Source of the DNA: Anaerovoracaceae bacterium
GTDB lineage: Bacteria; Cyanobacteriota; Vampirovibrionia; Gastranaerophilales; Gastranaerophilaceae
Assembly (NCBI GenBank): GCA_963602505.1
Contig: CAVCIX010000002.1
Location: 1-51,689 of the forward strand
Length of the DNA stretch: 51,689 nucleotides
Direction of reading: 5' to 3'
The notes under the pieces are model-generated. The model searched no databases. It saw only the letters and a program-made list of their open reading frames with translations, and was not told the DNA's origin. A program made the translations under genes and the position numbers. Of this stretch, positions 17,065 to 25,014 are shown in pieces (within the stretch, counting starts at the first letter, position 1; every line of letters starts with the position of its first letter).

Positions 17065-18072
17065 TTAACCTACTAAATTAGCCTGAGTTGTAGCCTCTTT
17101 TAAAATTTCTACACCTCTGAGCGAGTCTCCCTTAAATTCAAAATGGTATTTACAAACCTCTTTTAAACGGTCGAGAGTTGCGTTCCATTCTGGTATAACT
17201 TTCAATTTTGTAAGCATTTCTGGATTTGCTGTAAAAGCTGTAACCACTTTGTAATTCAATAAAGCGTCAATAATCCTAAAGGCTGTCTCTTTGCGTTTGT
17301 CGGTATAAGTCTCACGTCCTAAATCATCAAGTACGACAAAATCAAAACTAACAAGCCAATTTACTAAAGGCGTTATGTCTCCAGCGTTTTCGTATGAATA
17401 ACGAGAAAACTTATCTAACAAACTTGAAAAAGTTGTAAATAAACAGCTATATCCTTTTTCCATAAGCTCATTACAAATAGCGGCCAAGAGTGTCGTTTTT
17501 CCTGTTCCAACTTTTCCGACCATTTGAATACCTAAGCTATTTTTAGGATTAAAAAGTTTAGCGTATTCCTGACATTTTAAAAGCTCAATCGTTGGACTAA
17601 GATTTTTAAAATTTTTCTCTTTAAAAAGAGGAGTCATCATAGAATTGTCAAAAAGTTTTGCTAATTTTTCTGATTTACGCCTTAAAAAAGCCTGTCTCTC
17701 TTTTTCTTTTTCGTTTAGTTCATAGCATTTACAGTTAGCTACTGGGACTTTTAAAAGTCTTTTATTTTCTCCTGAAAAAAGTTCTTTTTTATACCAGATA
17801 TACGGCTTACCACAGAATTTACATACTGGTAGTTTTTCCTCTGGTTTTGTATCGTTATCCTTTAAAATATTTACATCATTTGTAAGTGTTTCGCTTACAT
17901 TTTCTTGATTATTTGTTAGCGTTTCGCTAACCTCTGGGGTTAGTGTTTCACTAACAAACTGTAGAGCCTGTAAGTCTGTAAATTTTTTATCATCATAAAA
18001 CTTATGATATGGTATCTCCCAGACGTCATAATCCTTATTTATTGAGTAGGCGTCCTCAGCAACATTTAACAA
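17065..18072 (-). CDS. Replication protein with a DnaC/IstB-like AAA+ ATPase domain
   Basis: 335 aa. Walker A GKVGTGKTT, Walker B FVVLDDLG and a Cys4 ribbon CKFCGK ... CKCYE. The only available start is a TTG with no clear RBS, and the reading frame stays open upstream to 18270. Confidence 0.75.
   Translation of the reverse strand: MLNVAEDAYSINKDYDVWEIPYHKFYDDKKFTDLQALQFVSETLTPEVSETLTNNQENVSETLTNDVNILKDNDTKPEEKLPVCKFCGKPYIWYKKELFSGENKRLLKVPVANCKCYELNEKEKERQAFLRRKSEKLAKLFDNSMMTPLFKEKNFKNLSPTIELLKCQEYAKLFNPKNSLGIQMVGKVGTGKTTLLAAICNELMEKGYSCLFTTFSSLLDKFSRYSYENAGDITPLVNWLVSFDFVVLDDLGRETYTDKRKETAFRIIDALLNYKVVTAFTANPEMLTKLKVIPEWNATLDRLKEVCKYHFEFKGDSLRGVEILKEATTQANLVG
17882..17955. repeat. Three 17-bp palindromic iteron-like repeats inside the replication gene
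   Basis: gtaagtgtttcgcttac (17882-17898), gttagcgtttcgctaac (17915-17931) and gttagtgtttcactaac (17939-17955). They encode the peptide repeat VSETLT three times. An AT-rich stretch follows at 17956-18012. Confidence 0.7.
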
Positions 18073-18448
18073 CGGCTCTGAGTGTTTTGTCGAGCCACTT
18101 ATCGAACCTTTTAGGATTAGCCGTCGCTCTATTACGGAGTATTTACGCTGTAGCTCTCCAGATAATTTAAAAACTTTTAGAGCCTCTGGGGACAGTATGG
18201 AGGATAAAATATCTGACGGAGACTGGCTACTCGTGGACTTAGGACGTAGGGACGCCTCTGTAAGTGGAGTTTATATATTCCTAGCCAATGGTTTATGTAG
18301 ATGTAAACGCTTAAATATCACTCTTGACGGACGCTTAGAGGTTAAATCTGACAACCCTAAATATGATATGGAGATTGTAGGCCCTAACGACAACATAGAA
18401 ATAAACATTATCGGTAGAGTTATCAACAATTTAAGTAGAGGTTTATAA
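18050..18448 (+). pseudogene. S24 (LexA/CI/UmuD-type) peptidase domain fragment lacking a start codon and any HTH domain
   Basis: The open frame without ATG/GTG/TTG reads ..PDNLKTFRASGDSM. The first ATG (18197) is the M of the catalytic GDSM motif. The Lys region RCKRL is present. The stop overlaps the integrase ATG (TAATG). Confidence 0.7.
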
Positions 18449-19926
18449 TGTCTGATATTGCTGTTATATATGCCAGAGTCTCTAGTAAAGAACAGGAGAC
18501 AGGGGGTTACTCTCTCCCAGCACAACTCGACTTTTTAAAAGAGTATGCAAAATCTAAAGGTCTGGAAGTTGTTAAGGTATTTACTGAAAGTATGACAGCT
18601 AAAGAGGCTGGACGTATTGAATTTAATAACATGCTCAAATTTGCTAAAAAACAGCGTTATGGCTGTCATGTTATTGTTGAGAAAAACGACAGACTTTTAA
18701 GAAACGAGGACGACGAGGCTTTAATTATCAATCTAACGGTAAGACAGGGCCTCATAGATTTACACTTAGTAAAAGACCATTTGATTTTAAATCGTTATTC
18801 TACACCTCATGAAATTTTTATGTTTCATATGATGTGTGGTATGTCCTCTATGTACCCTCGTAACCTCTCTGGGGAGATTAAAAAAGGATTAGATAAAAAA
18901 GCTGACTTAGGGGACTATCCAGCTAAAGCACCTATCGGATATAAAAACGTCCGTTCTTCTAAAAAGAGAAGTACGATAGAGATAGACCCTACTAATGCTG
19001 GATATGTAAGTAAAATTTTTGAGTTATACGCTACTGGTATGTATTCCTATAAAACTCTGGCTGAGCGTATATCTTTGGACGGATTTTATCCAAAGAATAA
19101 GCCATGCTCTCCTAAATTAGTTGAAAAAATTATCATAAATCCGTTTTATATGGGAGAGTTTGAATTTAACGGCAAACGCTACCACGAGGCAAACCATACA
19201 CCGATAATTACAAAAGAGTTATTTTACACCTGTAAAAAAATCAGGGAGAGACACGATAATCCCAGAAAAATAACGCATGACTTTTTGTATTCAGGTTTAA
19301 TTACTTGCTCTCATTGTGGCTGTCAACTAACAGCTGAGATTAAAAAAGGTAAGTACATTTATTATCATTGTACAGGCAATAAGGGAGGGACTTGTAAAAG
19401 AAACAAGTATCTAAAAGAGGAATATATAGACGAACATATCAGGACTCTTTTAGAGAAAATCCAACCGTCAAAAGAGGACGCTAAAGCTATTGTCGAAAAA
19501 TTTAAAGAAATTGTAAACGCTAATTTTGACTATGATAAAAAATCAATGGAAGAAATAGGCAAAAAAATAAGCCTGTTAAAAAACAGGCTTAACAAACTTT
19601 ATATTGACCGATTAGACGGCATGATTACAGATGAATTTTATAGAGAAAAAAAGAACGAGTTTCAGGGTGAACTAGATGAGCTTGAATTAAAGCATGACAA
19701 TTTTTTAGCCGAAACAGATACTTTAGTAGATATGGCTACTCAAATAATCGAACTCTGCAAAAACGCTTATAATCACTATTTACGCTCTGATAATGAAAAT
19801 AAACGCCTACTCCTAAAAATTCTGTGTTCGAACTTTTTATATGACGGCTCAAACCTAGTTATAAAGCTAAAAAGCACCGTTGAGCCAATGCTCTTAGGTG
19901 CTAATTTTAAAAATGGTGGAGGATAG
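18448..19926 (+). CDS. Large serine recombinase (phage integrase)
   Basis: 492 aa. Resolvase N-terminus with the catalytic Ser (VIYARVSSKEQ), a recombinase domain, a Cys-rich zinc ribbon (CSHCGC ... YYHCTG) and a C-terminal coiled coil. Confidence 0.9.
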   Translation: MSDIAVIYARVSSKEQETGGYSLPAQLDFLKEYAKSKGLEVVKVFTESMTAKEAGRIEFNNMLKFAKKQRYGCHVIVEKNDRLLRNEDDEALIINLTVRQGLIDLHLVKDHLILNRYSTPHEIFMFHMMCGMSSMYPRNLSGEIKKGLDKKADLGDYPAKAPIGYKNVRSSKKRSTIEIDPTNAGYVSKIFELYATGMYSYKTLAERISLDGFYPKNKPCSPKLVEKIIINPFYMGEFEFNGKRYHEANHTPIITKELFYTCKKIRERHDNPRKITHDFLYSGLITCSHCGCQLTAEIKKGKYIYYHCTGNKGGTCKRNKYLKEEYIDEHIRTLLEKIQPSKEDAKAIVEKFKEIVNANFDYDKKSMEEIGKKISLLKNRLNKLYIDRLDGMITDEFYREKKNEFQGELDELELKHDNFLAETDTLVDMATQIIELCKNAYNHYLRSDNENKRLLLKILCSNFLYDGSNLVIKLKSTVEPMLLGANFKNGGG

Positions 19927-19989
19927 GAGATTCGAACTCCTGACCCCCTGCGTGCAAAGCAGGTGCTCTACCAGCTGAGCTAATCCCCC
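19914..19989 (-). tRNA. tRNA-Ala (anticodon UGC), CCA encoded
   Basis: 76-nt cloverleaf. Acceptor stem GGGGGAT/ATCCTCC with G3:U70, anticodon stem-loop CCTGC-TTTGCAC-GCAGG, T arm AGGAG-TTCGAAT-CTCCT. Confidence 0.93.
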
Positions 19990-20007
19990 GCATCGGGTTA
20001 TGTAATT

Positions 20008-20035
20008 ATTATACACGCTAATTTTTTTTTGTAAA
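20008..20035 (-). promoter_or_regulatory. Candidate sigma-70 promoter for tRNA-Ala
   Basis: On the minus strand: TTTACA, 16-nt spacer, TATAAT. The -10 ends about 18 nt upstream of the mature 5' end. Confidence 0.45.
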
Positions 20036-20038
20036 TAC

Positions 20039-20401
20039 CTATTTTAAAATTTCACTTAATAATTTGTCAAAAATCGCCGATAATCTCAATCTATCCTCTC
20101 TATACCAATACCCGATTAGTGCCTCAAATGCCGTTGCTTGACGATATTCGTTCTGATTGTTTCTGCGCGCTATTGGAACCTCCATATTCCTTGCGCGACG
20201 TTTTATTTCTTGTTCTTCTTGCGTTAAATCACTATCTATCAAGTCAAGCATGCTCGCCTGGAATGAAGATTTTACCCTATCCGTAGTCGCTTTATGCAAA
20301 TCTTTTGGATTTTTATATTGTTCAATTATATGTTCTCGAACAAATAATTCCCACACTGCATCGCCTAAATGCGCACAATTTCTTAAATTTATCGTTTCCA
20401 T
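20039..20401 (-). CDS. mrnC: Mini-ribonuclease III
   Basis: LGDAVWELFVREH and FEALIGYWY motifs. The start is trimmed to the ATG (METINLRN) with a GAGG RBS. The track GTG start at 20437 is an alternative. Confidence 0.8.
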   Translation of the reverse strand: METINLRNCAHLGDAVWELFVREHIIEQYKNPKDLHKATTDRVKSSFQASMLDLIDSDLTQEEQEIKRRARNMEVPIARRNNQNEYRQATAFEALIGYWYREDRLRLSAIFDKLLSEILK

Positions 20402-20509
20402 ATATTTTGCCTCGCGTCTTTTGTTTAATTTTATCACAATTATTACTTTTTAATTGAATTTATTTATTGCTTATTACATAATCTTATTATAAGTAAGGAA
20501 GGTCAAATT

Positions 20510-20980
20510 ATGAAAAAAATTTTTATTACACTTTTAACTATATTAACTATAACTGGCTCTGCTAATGCCATTGAAAACACTCTTAAAATAGACGATTTAA
20601 GCGTTTCAAACAACGAAATTAAAGCTCAACTTAACAAAATAAAAACTCAAAGACTTATCATTTCTAACGCTCTTTTATTAAACGATATTCAAAAGTTAAG
20701 AGCTAACGAAATCTTTGACAACTACAACGAAAAAGAAGCCCTAATTTATGTTCAACTAAAACAAGAAAATGCGCTTCTTGCAAGTCTAAAATCTCAAAAA
20801 GCCAACAAAGCAGAACAAAAAACTCAAGCTAAAAATATCAAAAACCTAAAAAAAGCATTAAAATCAATTCAAAAACAAAACGATAAAGAATTCAAAGAAA
20901 TTCTTAACCACAGTCAAAGAGTTAAGTTCAATAGACTAAGAAAAGAAATTCAAGTTTCTAACTTATCATCAAATTTATAA
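20510..20980 (+). CDS. Secreted coiled-coil protein with LTXXQ-like motifs (Spy/CpxP-like?)
   Basis: 156 aa. Signal peptide ending SANA/IE, plus LNDIQ and LNHSQ motifs in helical Lys/Gln-rich sequence. Confidence 0.45.
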   Translation: MKKIFITLLTILTITGSANAIENTLKIDDLSVSNNEIKAQLNKIKTQRLIISNALLLNDIQKLRANEIFDNYNEKEALIYVQLKQENALLASLKSQKANKAEQKTQAKNIKNLKKALKSIQKQNDKEFKEILNHSQRVKFNRLRKEIQVSNLSSNL

Positions 20981-20984
20981 ACAA

Positions 20985-21020
20985 CAAGGCGGGTCGTTGC
21001 TTCTGCAACGACCCGCCTTG
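20985..21020. terminator. Bidirectional intrinsic terminator
   Basis: 16-bp perfect GC-rich stem caaggcgggtcgttgc / gcaacgacccgccttg with a 4-nt loop, between convergent genes. Confidence 0.8.
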
Positions 21021-21058
21021 TTTAATCCTTTTAATCTTTTTTAATTCATCCAATCAAC

Positions 21059-21673
21059 TTATTTCAACGCAAATTGCAAAACATTTGATTTGTTATTTTC
21101 TTCGGCTGAGTCAGGTAATTCCCAACATTTAACGCAACGTGCTTCGTAAGTTTCATCTCCGCCAATCATAATCAATGGTGAATTTTTATCAGCAGGTTTG
21201 CCGTCAATCAAACGTTGAGTTCTTGTTGCGTGATCAGAACCGCATTTCATGCAAACTGCGTGCAATTTATCAACTGTTGTTGCAAGGCACATTAATTCAG
21301 GCATAGAACCGAAGGTATCGCCTTTAAAATCTAAATCCAAGCCTGTTCCGATAACTTTTTTGCCTTCTTGCATTAATCTTGCAATAACTTTTACAATATT
21401 TGAATCAAAGAATTGTAATTCATCGATTGCAACAATTTCATCGTCAGGTTTTACAACACTCAAAATTTGGATTGAATGTTTAACTTTTACAGCATCCAAC
21501 CACAAACCATTTCTTGATTTGATGTAATCGCCTTGTTCTCTTGTATCGATTTGAGGTGAAATAACTTTAACTTTTTTCTTCGCAATAATACTTCTTCTTA
21601 TTCTTCTTAATAATTCCTCTGTTTTACCGCAACTCATAGGACCGGTAATCAATTCGAAACAATATCCCTGCAT
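21059..21673 (-). CDS. tdk: Thymidine kinase
   Basis: P-loop GPMSCGKTEEL, IAIDELQFF and a C-terminal zinc ribbon CMKCG ... CVKC. The start is trimmed to the ATG with an AGGA RBS. Confidence 0.9.
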   Translation of the reverse strand: MQGYCFELITGPMSCGKTEELLRRIRRSIIAKKKVKVISPQIDTREQGDYIKSRNGLWLDAVKVKHSIQILSVVKPDDEIVAIDELQFFDSNIVKVIARLMQEGKKVIGTGLDLDFKGDTFGSMPELMCLATTVDKLHAVCMKCGSDHATRTQRLIDGKPADKNSPLIMIGGDETYEARCVKCWELPDSAEENNKSNVLQFALK

Positions 21674-21766
21674 CGTTAATCCTTTAATCTTCCCCAATAT
21701 TTTTTACATTTTTATTGTACAACTTAAAACCTTGGCATGGGTAATTTTTTTACAAAAATTTGCAAT

Positions 21767-21789
21767 AAAAAACCGACTTGTTCAGTCGG
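21767..21789 (-). terminator. Intrinsic terminator of the marR-emrA-emrB-like operon
   Basis: ccgact-tgttc-agtcgg hairpin followed on the minus strand by a T6 run. Confidence 0.6.
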
Positions 21790-21948
21790 TAATTAAAACC
21801 ACGTATTAGAAGAGAGGAATTAGAGATGTGGGCATAATATTCTACTATCCTTACCCACACTATATATATTCCACCCTTTGTAAAGTTTATAACATTTTTC
21901 ACAATTTTTTTGGCATTTTTGTTACATTTGTTAATATTATGTGAAATA

Positions 21949-23490
21949 TTATTTGTTTTCAGGTGCTAATTTTAATAGTAAAACAAGCGGTATAACTAAG
22001 AAAGTAACCAATGCTGCATATTGATAAATATCAGAGAAAGCGCATAATTTTGCTTGAGCTAAAAGTTGCTTGTACAAAACCACATTTGCCTGCTTCATCG
22101 CAGTAACGGTTGCGTGATTTTGCATAAAGAAGTGTTTAAGAGCAGTGAAATGTTGGTTATACACTGGATTATACGCACTCATATTTTTAATTAAATAAGT
22201 TTGGTGAATTTGCGAATATCGTATTGCTAAACTTGCCGCAAGCGAAGTAAACATTGAACCAGTAACACATTTTGTCAAACTGTGAACCCCTGCTGCGTCT
22301 GCGATTTTGTCTTTAGGCAAGGTTCCAAGAGCAAGTGCAGAAATAGGTACTAACGCGCAAACAGAACCAATACCAAATAAGAAGTTCGATAAAATAATTG
22401 TTGTTGGTGAAACTTGCATGTTCAAGCTTGTGCATAAGGCAATTGAAGCACCCAAGTTTATGAACCCAAACGCGATAATTGCACGTAGGTCGTACATTTG
22501 ACATAACTTACCAATAACTAACAACATTAAACAAGCAACAACCCTACTTGCTAACGCCAACCCTGTTAAAGATGCCGTATATCCCATTAAGCCTTGGTAG
22601 AATTGAGGTAATAAGATGATTGTTACGCAAACCATAATGTTTACTAATACACCTAAAATTGTGCCTACAAAGAAGTTCAAATCTTTGAAAACTCGTAAAT
22701 TTACGATTGGTTCTTTAACTTCAAGTTCCCAAACGATGAAGAAAAACATACAACATAGAGAAAAGAAGCTTAGCCAGCAAATCCAAGTGCAATCAAACCA
22801 ACCGTATTGTTGACCTTTGTCTAGCACGACTTGCATTGTGAATAACCACAAAACAAGGAATAAAAATCCCAAAAAGTCGACTGCTTCTTTCTTTCTTTGT
22901 TTTACGGTATCATTAACGGTTAATGGAATAATAATTAATGAAAGAATCCCAATCGGAATGTTTATAATAAAAATCCATTGCCAAGAAAAATAGTCAACCA
23001 AGAAACCACCAACGGTTGGTCCCATAATAGAGGATACCATTATGGCAAAAATAAAAATTGCCATAGCGTCGCCTTTTCTATTTTTTGGAAACTCTTGTAG
23101 CAAAATAGATTGAGATAATGGCATTAAAACACCACCACCAACACCTTGAATAATTCTACCTAAAATAAGTATTAACAAGTTTGGCGCTAAGGTACAAACT
23201 ACTGAACCTATTGTAAACAAGGTTATGAATATTTTTAAAAAGTCCAAACGACCGAGTTTTCTTTCTAACCAACCTGTCAAAGGTAGAAAGATACCGTTTG
23301 CAATCATGTAACTTGTAACAACCCATTTTGCTTCGTCGTTTGTAGAACCAAACGAACCTGCAATATGAGGTAGCGCAACGTTTGTCGCACTAGTTGCAAG
23401 AAAGGCAAAGAAGGTCGGCATAGTTACGATTAAAGACATTAACCATAACGGCGTCTTTCGTTCTTGAGTATTTTCAACAACTTCGCCCAT
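21949..23490 (-). CDS. MFS drug:H+ antiporter, DHA2 (EmrB/QacA) family
   Basis: 513 aa, about 14 hydrophobic segments. The N-terminal region matches EmrB-like transporters and it overlaps the adaptor gene stop. Confidence 0.85.
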   Translation of the reverse strand: MGEVVENTQERKTPLWLMSLIVTMPTFFAFLATSATNVALPHIAGSFGSTNDEAKWVVTSYMIANGIFLPLTGWLERKLGRLDFLKIFITLFTIGSVVCTLAPNLLILILGRIIQGVGGGVLMPLSQSILLQEFPKNRKGDAMAIFIFAIMVSSIMGPTVGGFLVDYFSWQWIFIINIPIGILSLIIIPLTVNDTVKQRKKEAVDFLGFLFLVLWLFTMQVVLDKGQQYGWFDCTWICWLSFFSLCCMFFFIVWELEVKEPIVNLRVFKDLNFFVGTILGVLVNIMVCVTIILLPQFYQGLMGYTASLTGLALASRVVACLMLLVIGKLCQMYDLRAIIAFGFINLGASIALCTSLNMQVSPTTIILSNFLFGIGSVCALVPISALALGTLPKDKIADAAGVHSLTKCVTGSMFTSLAASLAIRYSQIHQTYLIKNMSAYNPVYNQHFTALKHFFMQNHATVTAMKQANVVLYKQLLAQAKLCAFSDIYQYAALVTFLVIPLVLLLKLAPENK

Positions 23491-24422
23491 TATTTTATTT
23501 TAACCCTCGGAACTACGCTCATACCTGGAGCAATTGTGTATGCTGAAAAATCTTCATCAAATACAATTTTAACAGGAATTCTTTGAACTACTTTTACGTA
23601 ACTACCAACTGCGTTTTCAGGTGGGAATAAACTAGCTTTTGCACCTGAAGCTTTTTGAATACTGTCAACTTTTCCTTTGAATTTTTTATTTGGATAAGTA
23701 TCAATTTTAATAGATACTTCTTGACCAGCCTTCATGTTAGTCAATTGTGTTTCCTTGAAGTTTGCGATAATCCAAATATCAGGTGAAACAATTGCGGTAA
23801 GCGCTTGACCAACTTGAACATAGTTACCTTCTTCAACGCTTCTTGAAGAAATATTTCCGTCTTGAGGTGCATATATTTTTGTATAAGATAAGTTCAATTT
23901 TGCTTGTGCTAATTGGGCTTCAAGTTTTTCGATGTTTGCAGATGACATTTCAAAATGTGTTTTTGCATTTTCATATTCTTGTTTTGTGCATAAGCCGTCA
24001 ACATTAAGTTGAGAATATCTATCATAATCTTTTTTAGCAAATTCGTGTTTTGCACGAGCTTCTTTTAATGTTGCAGAAAGTTCGTTAACCTTGTTTTGAT
24101 AATCTCTTGAATCGATTTCTACAAGTAATTGACCTTTTTTAACAAAATCATTATCTTTAAATTTCAATTTTAATACTTGACCTGAAACTTTTGGGGCAAG
24201 AGATACCAAAGAACCTTCAACAAACGCGTCGTCTGTGCTTTGATAGCTTAATGAATTTATAAATGACATTACAAGCAAAGTAAATAATACCAATACTATA
24301 ATTGCTGGAATAATTATTCTTTTCTTTGCGTATTTCAATAATTTTTTTCTTTTTCTTGCCTTGCGGGCTTTTAATCTGATTTTTGCTTCTTGTTCAAAAA
24401 TATCTTTCGGCTTCTTTGTCAT
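23490..24422 (-). CDS. HlyD/EmrA family efflux periplasmic adaptor
   Basis: 310 aa. N-terminal TM, lipoyl/barrel halves around a coiled-coil hairpin, and a typical YTKIYAPQDG motif. Confidence 0.85.
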   Translation of the reverse strand: MTKKPKDIFEQEAKIRLKARKARKRKKLLKYAKKRIIIPAIIVLVLFTLLVMSFINSLSYQSTDDAFVEGSLVSLAPKVSGQVLKLKFKDNDFVKKGQLLVEIDSRDYQNKVNELSATLKEARAKHEFAKKDYDRYSQLNVDGLCTKQEYENAKTHFEMSSANIEKLEAQLAQAKLNLSYTKIYAPQDGNISSRSVEEGNYVQVGQALTAIVSPDIWIIANFKETQLTNMKAGQEVSIKIDTYPNKKFKGKVDSIQKASGAKASLFPPENAVGSYVKVVQRIPVKIVFDEDFSAYTIAPGMSVVPRVKIK

Positions 24423-24435
24423 TTTCCTAATTCCT

Positions 24436-24873
24436 TTATTTTAAATTTTCTTGTATTTGATTTAAAACTTTTATGCAAGTATACAAATCGTCTTGAGAAA
24501 TTCCATCTAGGTATTTTTCGCGAGTTGTTTGAATTTGCGGAGTTATTTTATCTCTAAGTTCTTTACCACGAGTTGTAATTTTTATTTGGTTAACTTGTTT
24601 TTTGTTTTCGGTTGCTTGAATTTTTTCAATCAACCCTTTTTCTTCCAAAACTGACAAAATGCGTGTCATATTTGATTTATCCTTGTGTAATTCTTCACAC
24701 AATTTGTTTTGGTAAAGTAGAGTATCCTCGCTAAGCATACTTAGCACAACGTATTGTTCTGGAGTGATTTCAAATTTTTGTTTTGCAAACATATCCAAAG
24801 TATAAAGCTTAACCGCACGTCCTGATTGAACGATAGAGTCGCCTATAAATTTTGAAAACATTTCTTTTAACAA
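24436..24873 (-). CDS. MarR family transcriptional regulator
   Basis: 145 aa winged HTH (ITPEQYVVLSML ... LCEELHKDKSNMTRILSVLEEKGLI). TTG start with GGAGG 10 nt upstream. Confidence 0.85.
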   Translation of the reverse strand: MLKEMFSKFIGDSIVQSGRAVKLYTLDMFAKQKFEITPEQYVVLSMLSEDTLLYQNKLCEELHKDKSNMTRILSVLEEKGLIEKIQATENKKQVNQIKITTRGKELRDKITPQIQTTREKYLDGISQDDLYTCIKVLNQIQENLK

Positions 24874-24892
24874 AGTTTTCTTACCTCCAGTT

Positions 24893-24908
24893 AGTTATTA
24901 TAATAACT
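24893..24908. promoter_or_regulatory. 16-bp perfect palindrome, candidate MarR operator overlapping -10-like hexamers on both strands
   Basis: agttattataataact is self-complementary and lies 20 nt upstream of the marR start in the divergent region. Confidence 0.45.
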
Positions 24909-25014
24909 CAACATAAAAATATTGCAACCCCATAATTTTTAAAAGTTTAATATAGTTGAATTTTAAAATGTTGCATTTATATTTTTTGTGTTATCATAAT
25001 AACGAATAGGAGAT

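Larger units (their letters stand above)
8271..19926. mobile_element. Defective prophage / phage-derived island adjacent to tRNA-Ala. The left boundary is uncertain and lies anywhere in about 7943-8464.
   Basis: Contiguous phage genes: lysin, holin-like, TerL, TerS, HNH, regulators, 2 MTases, RusA, DnaC-like, S24 fragment and a large serine recombinase. All are minus strand except the S24/integrase pair. Oligonucleotide style differs from the flanks. Confidence 0.85.

Noticed and set aside
18271-18525. 84-aa minus-strand ORF spanning the S24/integrase junction.
   Set aside because: It is antisense to two recognisable domains and has no RBS. It is noted only because its frame continues, after one stop, into the DnaC-like gene frame.
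22307-22813. Short ORFs 22307-22501 (+), 22313-22504 (-) and 22616-22813 (+) inside the MFS transporter gene. The same class occurs at 25713-25970, 27148-27357, 27748-27933, 29741-29947, 30684-30923, 31051-31263, 33178-33928, 34252-34530, 34804-35016 and 35428-35625.
   Set aside because: They are embedded in, or out of frame with, well-supported genes and are not independently supported.
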